DNA of 50,058 nt from a virus. Taxonomy: Duplodnaviria > Caudoviricetes. Location of the stretch: positions 1-50,058 of IMG/VR virus record IMGVR_UViG_3300031454_000006; one strand, given 5' to 3'. A program made the translations under genes and the position numbers. The notes beneath the pieces are model-generated. The model did not search any database. It saw nothing but the letters and a program-made list of their open reading frames with translations, and had not been told where the DNA came from. Each line of letters begins with the position of its first letter. Within the stretch, counting starts at the first letter, position 1. Positions 18,198-25,436 of the stretch are shown piece after piece.

Positions 18198-18379
18198 GAT
18201 GTAATCTGTTTGATTAGCTGACTCTTGAGCGGGCTATTGAATTTTTCTCGCGGCAGAGCCGCGAGGAATCAAAGCGGAAAATCTTTTTTCCTTATTTCCG
18301 TAGCAGAGCTACGGGGAATTAAACCAATAAGGAACGATTAAATTGTCAGTTTGATACGGTTTGTGCCGCACTTGTATCT

Positions 18380-18407
18380 AAAATAACATAGTCGGCGAAA
18401 AATGCAA
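18380..18407 (-). promoter_or_regulatory. Putative sigma70 promoter for the scaffold-capsid operon
   Basis: TTGCAT-16-TATTTT with extended -10 TG. Confidence 0.4.
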
Positions 18408-18417
18408 CAGTTTTTTG

Positions 18418-18579
18418 TCAAACCATTTCAAAATAAATTTTCTTGAAATCATCCGGGCGCTTTTCAGCCAGCACGCGCATCATCTGAATTTCGGCGCGTC
18501 TCGCTTCGTCTTCAATTTGCTCGCGGGTTTTAATCTTGCCTTTTTTGAAGACTTTTACTTTTGCTTGCTGTTCGGGCAT
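18418..18579 (-). CDS. Hypothetical 53-aa protein
   Basis: Hand-translated MPEQQAKVKVFKKGKIKTREQIEDEARR...; fills the operon gap. Confidence 0.55.
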   Translation of the reverse strand: MPEQQAKVKVFKKGKIKTREQIEDEARRAEIQMMRVLAEKRPDDFKKIYFEMV

Positions 18580-18586
18580 TTAATAT

Positions 18587-18850
18587 CTAGCTTTGATTCG
18601 GATAAACAATTACTGGTTTTTCAACCTGTATCATCACAGGCGTTACAGGATTGCCGAAAGTCTGCATAATCAAATATATGTCACCCGTCTCGGCAACAAT
18701 TCGCCTTTCTTCGTCGGTCAGTTTCCGGCGCGTTAAAATACTTTGGTCGGCAAGTTTTATCGACGGCAAATCCTGGTATTCGTCCTGATGTTCGGCAACG
18801 ATTATTTCATCGTGCGTTTCGTTTGGTATGACGGGACTAATCGGCTTCAT
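18587..18850 (-). CDS. Hypothetical protein, paralog of the N-terminus of 30753..31307
   Basis: MKPISPVIP...IVAETGDIYL aligns with MKAVSPVIP...IVAETGDIYL; start moved to ATG 18850. Confidence 0.75.
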   Translation of the reverse strand: MKPISPVIPNETHDEIIVAEHQDEYQDLPSIKLADQSILTRRKLTDEERRIVAETGDIYLIMQTFGNPVTPVMIQVEKPVIVYPNQS

Positions 18851-19280
18851 TTTTATTTTCTCCTTTGAATTTATTAGCGATTGAATAAGCGAAATCCTGC
18901 GTCGCCTGCTCGTTTTTGCTGACAAGTTCATTTTTAATTATTTGAAACATCTTTTTGTCTTCTCCACCGCAGAGCGTTTCGACAGTTTCGACCGCGTAAT
19001 TTTTCAAGGGCGAAAAATGAATGTGAATAAGCTCGTGAATAATCTGCTCGATTTGCGCGTCGGGCGTTTCGTTTACCCAATATCCGCAAATGGTTATATT
19101 GGCAAATCTGTAGTCGTGCGCGACACTGGTAAACGCCGACGAATCCGGGTCGTCGGGTTTGTAATGAACGGTCAGCCGTTGAAGCCACGCGGGGAAAATC
19201 CACGAAAAGTTACCGAGTATTTCGGAAACTTTCGGTTTAATCAATTCGGGAAAATTACCGTTCCAAATAATTTCAGCCAT
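18837..19280 (-). CDS. HExxH zinc metallopeptidase-like protein
   Basis: IIHELIHIH plus downstream NEQAT; likely start ATG 19280 just after the portal stop. Confidence 0.7.
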   Translation of the reverse strand: MAEIIWNGNFPELIKPKVSEILGNFSWIFPAWLQRLTVHYKPDDPDSSAFTSVAHDYRFANITICGYWVNETPDAQIEQIIHELIHIHFSPLKNYAVETVETLCGGEDKKMFQIIKNELVSKNEQATQDFAYSIANKFKGENKNEAD

Positions 19281-19284
19281 AAAT

Positions 19285-21018
19285 TTATTGTTGAGCGGAC
19301 GCATCGCCGACCATTCCGCCGCCGCCTGCACCTTCGATAATCATTCCGGCAATCTGCGACTTTTCTTCAGCCGTTACCGGCAGAATCTCGACAATCTTCT
19401 CTAACGACAATTTCCCGTTTCCTTTAGTCCACAAATCGACTGCCGCATTGACCTGCGTCAGTAAATACCCGTCCGAAGATTTTATCCGCGCGATTTCCGC
19501 GTCCGGGTCTTCGACGCCCTTTTTAATCAGATACGAGTAGAGCGTCGATTTGCCCGAATCGACATCCTCGGATTCCTGTTTAAGTTCTTCAGCATCGACC
19601 GCGCCGGCGTCAACCTGGCAGTTGAAATCCAATCGCGCGCCCGCAAAATCGCTCGCTCTGTTTGTCAGGTTTGCACCGAACATCAAGGTAAAACCCATCA
19701 CGTAGCGCCCGGCGGGGTCGATTGCCGTTTTACTCGTCTTTAGTGATTTTCTGTAATCGTCGCGCCCTTCCTTTTTCGAGATGCCGGAGATTGCCGCCTG
19801 CTCATTGGCTAGAATGTGCGATTGCTTAACTTCGCGCAGGAAAAGCAGTTCGTAAACGCTGAAGGATTTGACGAACGTATCGACGGCAACCGGGTCAACG
19901 ACAAACTGCACCGGCTGTTTGTAATCGACGATAATCGGATTACCGAGAGCGTCTCGCTTCTCCGGGTCGAAGACAGGTACACCCATAAAAAAATTGGCGT
20001 TCGACGCTCCCTTGACGAGCGGCGCGTCCTTTTCTTCGACCGAGACGATTTTGCCGGTCCCGTCTTTGGTGACGATTCTCTGTTTCGGCTTTTGGGTGTT
20101 GCCGTAACCGGTTTCGCGGCTTCCGGCGATGTTCAGATTCTTATTCATCGTCGTCAGCGAATAATTGACCGAACGCTGCAAAGAACGCGCCGTCTCGGTA
20201 ATAAACATCTCTCTGGTTAATTTGTGCAGATAGAGGCGCCCGCCCAAATCAAGCGCCTCGCTCTCGGTTTCGCTCTCAGTTTCCGAGTCGGCGAAATATT
20301 TACCGATTGAGCCGAACGTCCGGTCTGTCCATAGTTTCAAATCATCACCGCGCAGAATTTTCAGGCAAGTTAAGCCGTCGTCTCTGACCCAGCTTATCTC
20401 GACTTCTTCGGCTTTGTCGGCGTGAATGCGGCAAACGCTGAATCTCCCGCCCGTTTCCGGGTCCGTAAAGATGCCGCCTTTATCCGCCGGAACGATTTCA
20501 TAATCGAGAGCGGCGAAGGCGTCGGTTAAATTCTTTTTATATTTGACCCCGTTTCTTGTAATCGAAGCATCGCGGGCGAGCGTCGGAATTATCGGACGAA
20601 TATAACACTCGCCTTCGAGAAGAACGGTTTTGGCGGCTTGGCGGAAAACCGTTTGCAATATCGACGCATCGTTCCACCATTCGACAAGAGCCGCGCTCGC
20701 CTCCGCCGCCAGCTTTTCGGTTTTATCGTTCTGTGCCGGAAGCATTAAATTCCAATCCGGCTCGCGCGATAGAATTCCGTCGAGGTTTCGACCGACCGAC
20801 GACTTTACGAGATTGGTTGCGGCGAATATGCGTTCGAGCCAGGCAAGGGTAAACGGTCGGGTCGGGTCGCCAGCGGGCGGAAGGAGTCCGATATAGCCTT
20901 TATAGTCCTCGTTTACCTGCAAATGGTCGTCATTGTAGAACTTTATATTCTCGACCGCATCAATGGATTTTCGGTTGGCGAGTCTGCCTATCGCATCTTT
21001 AAGATTTAGATTTTTCAT
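19285..21018 (-). CDS. Portal protein (SPP1-like)
   Basis: 577 aa directly after TerL; C-terminal GVEDPDAEIARI. Confidence 0.8.
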   Translation of the reverse strand: MKNLNLKDAIGRLANRKSIDAVENIKFYNDDHLQVNEDYKGYIGLLPPAGDPTRPFTLAWLERIFAATNLVKSSVGRNLDGILSREPDWNLMLPAQNDKTEKLAAEASAALVEWWNDASILQTVFRQAAKTVLLEGECYIRPIIPTLARDASITRNGVKYKKNLTDAFAALDYEIVPADKGGIFTDPETGGRFSVCRIHADKAEEVEISWVRDDGLTCLKILRGDDLKLWTDRTFGSIGKYFADSETESETESEALDLGGRLYLHKLTREMFITETARSLQRSVNYSLTTMNKNLNIAGSRETGYGNTQKPKQRIVTKDGTGKIVSVEEKDAPLVKGASNANFFMGVPVFDPEKRDALGNPIIVDYKQPVQFVVDPVAVDTFVKSFSVYELLFLREVKQSHILANEQAAISGISKKEGRDDYRKSLKTSKTAIDPAGRYVMGFTLMFGANLTNRASDFAGARLDFNCQVDAGAVDAEELKQESEDVDSGKSTLYSYLIKKGVEDPDAEIARIKSSDGYLLTQVNAAVDLWTKGNGKLSLEKIVEILPVTAEEKSQIAGMIIEGAGGGGMVGDASAQQ

Positions 21019-21021
21019 AAA

Positions 21022-22242
21022 TTAAAATGAATATCCGGCTTCGGTTTCAAATCCCGGCGGCTGCGCGTAAATCGGCTGATTCGCTGCCTCGTTCGCTAAT
21101 GCCAAGCCGCAGACGCAATCGTCGTGCATTCCGTCGGGCGCTGAATACCTCACGCCCGTTCTTGTGTATTCGTATTCAAAAGATTCAAGCTCCTTGACAG
21201 TCACGCCGTCGGGAAAACCGATTTCTTTCTGCTGAATGGCGACTGCCAAGCCTTCCATTAACTGCTGTTTTGAAGCGGCGGTAAATTTGAATCCTTCAAA
21301 ATTTGAGAATCCGCCTTTTTGCAGAGATTCTAAAACCGCATCGCCGACACCCGTTGAATCGACAAGCGCGGGCAACTTTCCAACAATGCGGCGAATTTCC
21401 GTGATTGTTTCGTTCCACGGTTTTTGAAACCGCTCGAAAACGCACACGTCTTTATTCGCATCCAGTCCATAAACCGTCGTCCAATCAACGCTTTTAGCCA
21501 AATCAACGCCGAACGCGCGCGGCGGCAAATCCGATAACGGTTTAATGCAAGCTCTAATGGCGGCAATGCCGAACGGATTGCCTTCGTCGTCGGACGGCTC
21601 GGCTAAATACAATTCGCGGAAGACGTTTTCCGGCAGTTGGCGGCGGGCGTCCTCGATTTCGTCTTTCGCTAAAATTCCCGCTTCAACCGCATCGTAAGCC
21701 GTGATTTTTTTATACGACATATCCGGCTCGCCCGCTTCGGCTTTGCGCGCCAGCATATAAGCCCAATTCTTTCGCCCTTTGACGTTGCCGATAATCCGCA
21801 CGGGCGCTCTGGTCGCCGTCAAAGTCGAGCGCAGCGCAAACCACGCTTCTTCGCGCGCGCGGCTCGCTTCGTCAAAAACCGCGCCGTAAACGTCCTCGCC
21901 GTAAAGATTGTCGGGCTTTTCCGCTGATTTACAGACAATGCGCGTTCCGTTAATCAATGAAATCGAAAGTTCCGATTCGTTCGGCGTGAAAATCGATTTA
22001 TCCAATCCGAATTTCAAACGGCGATAGGCGATTCGGGCTTGATTGTAAACGGGCGCAACCCACCAGAATTCTTGACCGTGTTTCCCTTTTAACGCCTGCT
22101 CGACAATCCACACCAGACACGCGACGGTTTTTCCCGCCTTTGTTGACGCCTCGACTATGGCATAGCGCGCGTCGCCGAAAAGCCCCGCCAACTGGTAATC
22201 GGCAAGTTCCGGTCGCTCGTATGTGATAACGTCATTCGCCAT
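21022..22242 (-). CDS. terL: Terminase large subunit
   Basis: Walker A ASTKAGKT, Walker B AVFDEAS, nuclease GVDLA and HDDCV. Confidence 0.92.
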   Translation of the reverse strand: MANDVITYERPELADYQLAGLFGDARYAIVEASTKAGKTVACLVWIVEQALKGKHGQEFWWVAPVYNQARIAYRRLKFGLDKSIFTPNESELSISLINGTRIVCKSAEKPDNLYGEDVYGAVFDEASRAREEAWFALRSTLTATRAPVRIIGNVKGRKNWAYMLARKAEAGEPDMSYKKITAYDAVEAGILAKDEIEDARRQLPENVFRELYLAEPSDDEGNPFGIAAIRACIKPLSDLPPRAFGVDLAKSVDWTTVYGLDANKDVCVFERFQKPWNETITEIRRIVGKLPALVDSTGVGDAVLESLQKGGFSNFEGFKFTAASKQQLMEGLAVAIQQKEIGFPDGVTVKELESFEYEYTRTGVRYSAPDGMHDDCVCGLALANEAANQPIYAQPPGFETEAGYSF

Positions 22243-22633
22243 TTTCTTTGTTGATTCCCGCGCCCGCGATTTGGAAAGTTACGGTTTTTAATTCTTTGCC
22301 GCCGCTGGTTATATCGGTCCGGTCTTTATATTTTTCAGGTCGTCTGCCTTTTAGCAAAAACATAAGCAAAACATCACTGCTTTTTTTAGCGCGGCGAACT
22401 GCCTCGTCTTCCAAAATATCGGTTCCTGAATTAATCGCGCCATCCCAGAGCGCGGCGAAACCATCATCAGTTTCCCGCAGTTTATAAACGGCTTGTCTTG
22501 AAACGGCGATGGCATTCGCCGCCGATTGGACACTTTCACCCTCACTTAAGACGGCTAAAAATTCATCTCTTTTTTTATGTGTCAATTTTGACAACTTTTT
22601 ACCTCTTGTCCGGTCCGCAATTTTCTGAATCAA
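22232..22633 (-). CDS. terS: Terminase small subunit
   Basis: HTH plus LEDEAVRRA..SDVLLMFLLKGRRPEKY; overlaps terL start. Confidence 0.85.
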   Translation of the reverse strand: MIQKIADRTRGKKLSKLTHKKRDEFLAVLSEGESVQSAANAIAVSRQAVYKLRETDDGFAALWDGAINSGTDILEDEAVRRAKKSSDVLLMFLLKGRRPEKYKDRTDITSGGKELKTVTFQIAGAGINKENGE

Positions 22634-22820
22634 TACGCCTCAGCACTTTCTATTTCGTCAAACGGTAAAAATTCCAACTCCAAGTCCGCGCCCTCCTGCC
22701 ACAGCCCGTTATTAGTTATTTCAGAGACATAAAATTAAATGGTTCACCGCCGCCTTTTTTCTTAAAGCGGTAACAGTCGCCGATGTGCGTTACAATTTGG
22801 AGAGCTTCTTCTTTTGTCAT
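22630..22820 (-). pseudogene. Small gene split by a 1-nt frameshift
   Basis: MTKEEALQ...EPFNF stops soon after; the -1 frame continues YVSEITNNGLW...ESAEAY to a TGA overlapping the terS TTG. Confidence 0.5.
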
Positions 22821-22822
22821 TT

Positions 22823-23002
22823 TTAAGTAACGGCAAGATAAATAATCCAGAAAATCAAATACGCGAACGTCTCAAGCACCCAAAACACCGGAATTGTAAA
22901 ATCCGGCATATAAATGCCGCCGTCCGAATCGTAGGCAAACACGGTTATAACCAGCACCGCGATGTAAATAATTGTGATTAACGCCCAAATCGGTAAGAAC
23001 AT
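22823..23002 (-). CDS. 59-aa two-TM membrane protein (holin candidate)
   Basis: Hand-translated MFLPIWALITIIYIAVLVITVFAY...FWVLETFAYLIFWIIYLAVT. Confidence 0.55.
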   Translation of the reverse strand: MFLPIWALITIIYIAVLVITVFAYDSDGGIYMPDFTIPVFWVLETFAYLIFWIIYLAVT

Positions 23003-23017
23003 ACGTTTAATTTCCTT

Positions 23018-23224
23018 TCATAATCCCATTTCGCTAGCCCTTGTATTTACTGCCCCTAAATGCCCGCCCTCATCGGCGGGAGACGCCTGCTTAAAATCAA
23101 ACTCGGTATCTTTCAGAGCCAATTCCAAACACTCCGAATGCACGTTTGAGTTCGTCGCCCGCAAAGGCTTGCCGCACTCGATGCACAGATGAACTTCGGT
23201 TTGGTTTGTGTTCTTTTTGCTCAT
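23018..23224 (-). CDS. Small Cys/His protein
   Basis: CIEC...HSEC; ATGA coupling to upstream gene. Confidence 0.55.
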   Translation of the reverse strand: MSKKNTNQTEVHLCIECGKPLRATNSNVHSECLELALKDTEFDFKQASPADEGGHLGAVNTRASEMGL

Positions 23225-23565
23225 TTACGGTTCATTAAAGATTCGGTATTTCTCTGCTGCTGCGCCTGCAAACTTTTCACATCTTCGGCTAGCCTGTTCT
23301 GCGCCTCCGATAATTTCGTGATAGCGATTAAAAAGTTATTCATCGTCTCGGCATTGACTTTAATATTCGCCGCGTTCTGCTCGATTGCTTTTTGATTGGC
23401 TTCAACTTGAAACGCTATGTGGCTTTGTCCGCTGTTGGCGTTCCACAAAAACGTGCCTAAAATTATGACGATGCCGAAGACCATCGACGGAACAAATTTT
23501 TTGAAATTGTCCGCCATCGAATCGCCTGGTCGCGCTGAAGATTCTGTGTTGTGAATATCGGGCAT
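23221..23565 (-). CDS. Single-TM coiled-coil protein (holin-like candidate)
   Basis: TM MVFGIVIILGTFLW then heptads; in lysis cassette. Confidence 0.55.
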   Translation of the reverse strand: MPDIHNTESSARPGDSMADNFKKFVPSMVFGIVIILGTFLWNANSGQSHIAFQVEANQKAIEQNAANIKVNAETMNNFLIAITKLSEAQNRLAEDVKSLQAQQQRNTESLMNRK

Positions 23566-23580
23566 TTCATTTTAAGAATT

Positions 23581-24102
23581 TCACTTCAAAATTAGGGCGA
23601 AGATTGCCGCCGCCGCGCCGACAATTAAAAATTGATTCAGTTTTCGGGCGCGATGCAGTTTTTTGTTCGTTTTAGATAATTCCTTTTTCAAGTAATCGAT
23701 TTCGGTTTTCTGCACGTCGATTGTTTTTTCCTGCGAAGCTATCGCCGCCCGCAAAATTTCAACTTCCTTTTGCAAAGATACGATTGCTTCGTCGGCTAAA
23801 GTCTGACGTTTCGCCTGCGCGTCGATAATCGATTGTTTTGATTTAACCTGAGCTTCTAAGCCGTCGATATAAGCGCGCGCCGCTTTAACTTCCGCCTGCG
23901 CTCGTTCCAGAGCGTCAACCAGTTGCTTTCGCCGCGCGTTATCGTCGTCAGTTTGGGTTTGCGCCGTCCGAGTAGAGCTTTGAGTCTGCGCGTAGCACGT
24001 CGTCTTCGCGCTGCCGCAAATTACGATTAGGCTTAACAGACAGATAAACAGTATTTGTTTTAGTTTTTGTGATTGTTTTTGGATTGTTAGCATTTTTCGC
24101 AT
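23581..24102 (-). CDS. Spanin-like protein (signal/lipobox-like N-terminus, coiled coil, C-terminal TM)
   Basis: ILFICLLSLIVIC, long heptads, FLIVGAAAAIFALILK; out-of-frame overlap with upstream gene. Confidence 0.55.
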   Translation of the reverse strand: MRKMLTIQKQSQKLKQILFICLLSLIVICGSAKTTCYAQTQSSTRTAQTQTDDDNARRKQLVDALERAQAEVKAARAYIDGLEAQVKSKQSIIDAQAKRQTLADEAIVSLQKEVEILRAAIASQEKTIDVQKTEIDYLKKELSKTNKKLHRARKLNQFLIVGAAAAIFALILK

Positions 24103-24505
24103 TGTTGTATTCTTCCCTTAAATTATTAACCGCGCCGTCCTGCCTCACGTCGTTCTCGGATAGTTTGTTTATCGCGCCGTCCATCGCCTTTACCGTGTCG
24201 AGAATAGTAAGCGTCGATTCGTGCTGTTGGTTAAAGGCGTCCATCAGTTTGTCGGTCTGCTCGCGCGCCGCTTTTGTCAGCGCGTCAAATTTCTCAATCT
24301 GTTCGGTTTGTTTTTCTATTGCCCGGCGGTCGAAATACTGCTGCATTTGGACAACAAGGAAAATAATAAGCGCCGCCGCCGCCGCTAATAAAAACGCGTA
24401 TTTCAAGACGAAAAGCGCGCCCGCGCGTGAGCGCGCCTTTACATCATCGTTTGTTCCTATTCCGTCTTTCATAAAACCTCTTGTGCGTTGCCGGAAATCG
24501 CTCAC
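23948..24505 (-). CDS. Inner-membrane spanin-like (Rz-like) protein
   Basis: N-terminal TM then coiled coil; overlap with next gene as in Rz/Rz1 pairs. Confidence 0.55.
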   Translation of the reverse strand: MSDFRQRTRGFMKDGIGTNDDVKARSRAGALFVLKYAFLLAAAAALIIFLVVQMQQYFDRRAIEKQTEQIEKFDALTKAAREQTDKLMDAFNQQHESTLTILDTVKAMDGAINKLSENDVRQDGAVNNLREEYNNAKNANNPKTITKTKTNTVYLSVKPNRNLRQREDDVLRADSKLYSDGANPN

Positions 24506-24654
24506 ATCGCCTCGATGTCTTCGTCAGATGGCAGTTTGTCCAAATCGCCGGATATTTCCTGCGCGTCTGTCCGTTTAGCGTCCGAATGACGCGACACGAG
24601 AGCGGCAATAAAAAGCCCGGCGGCAACAGCGATAATAATAATTAAAATTGTCAT
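24502..24654 (-). CDS. 50-aa single-TM protein
   Basis: Hand-translated MTILIIIIAVAAGLFIAALVSR...; GTGA coupling to next gene. Confidence 0.55.
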   Translation of the reverse strand: MTILIIIIAVAAGLFIAALVSRHSDAKRTDAQEISGDLDKLPSDEDIEAM

Positions 24655-24664
24655 ATTGATTTAT

Positions 24665-24703
24665 AAAAAGCCGAAACCCGAATCCTTGCGATTCCGGCTT
24701 TTT
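24665..24703. terminator. Bidirectional terminator-like inverted repeat
   Basis: AAAAAGCCG...CGGCTTTTT. Confidence 0.5.
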
Positions 24704-24727
24704 CTTTCCTGAAAATCTTTAAATCGC

Positions 24728-25069
24728 TTACCGAAGAATTTGACTTCGATTCGGCGGCTGTTCGGGTCTTTGGCGGTTTAAGCCTTTGTAATTGTCAGTT
24801 TTAGGTAAAGTTCTTCGGGCAATCGGCGGCGAATACTGCCTCGTTACCCCAAAGCTGATTAAATCGTTAGCCTGCTGGAGAACCGCGTTAAAATCAGCCG
24901 AAACAATCGGTTGATGGACGACTGCGGTTTCAACTTGCGATTTTGCGCAAACTGAAACATTTAAAACAGGCGGCGATTGACCTGCCGACACGTCCGGCGG
25001 CGAAAACACAAACGCGAGCGCGAAACACGCGACGATTGCAATTAGCGAAAAGAATTTTGTAATTCTCAT
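24728..25069 (-). CDS. Secreted hypothetical protein
   Basis: Signal peptide MRITKFFSLIAIVACFALAF; AGAGGA RBS. Confidence 0.6.
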   Translation of the reverse strand: MRITKFFSLIAIVACFALAFVFSPPDVSAGQSPPVLNVSVCAKSQVETAVVHQPIVSADFNAVLQQANDLISFGVTRQYSPPIARRTLPKTDNYKGLNRQRPEQPPNRSQILR

Positions 25070-25126
25070 ATTTTGTCTTTTTCCTCTTTATTTTTGGTCT
25101 CATCACGAATGATGGCGATATAAAAT

Positions 25127-25157
25127 GCCGGTTACTATTACGCGACCGGCGGCGCGC
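25127..25157 (-). ncRNA. Candidate H-type pseudoknot motif, copy 1
   Basis: GCGCG CC GCCGGU CGCGU AAUAGUA ACCGGC. Confidence 0.5.
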
Positions 25158-25182
25158 CCCTCTGCAAGGGTCTCGTTATAAA

Positions 25183-25380
25183 TTATTTCTCTTCAACCAA
25201 TTCAACCTGGCGAGAGTTCAGCGTAAGCGTCCCGTGAACATTGTCGGCAGCGTTTTCTTTGTCTCGCCCAATGTGTAATTGGACATTGCAAAAATCTTCC
25301 GTTGCGTAAGTTTCGGCAATGGTGGCTTGAACCATTACCTTGTCGCCTTTTTTAATCGGCTTTCCGTTTTTATCGTGCAT
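25183..25380 (-). CDS. Hypothetical 65-aa protein (KOW/SH3-like)
   Basis: MHDKNGKPIKKGDKV start; AGAGGA RBS. Confidence 0.7.
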   Translation of the reverse strand: MHDKNGKPIKKGDKVMVQATIAETYATEDFCNVQLHIGRDKENAADNVHGTLTLNSRQVELVEEK

Positions 25381-25436
25381 AAAATTTTCTTTCCTCTTTA
25401 TTTTGAATTCATCATTGGAATGATGGCGTTATAAAT

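Noticed and set aside
25127-25175. Twister or pistol ribozyme suggested by GCAGAG and the pseudoknot
   Set aside because: Twister P4 element and pistol P2/P3 with the GU cleavage site are absent.
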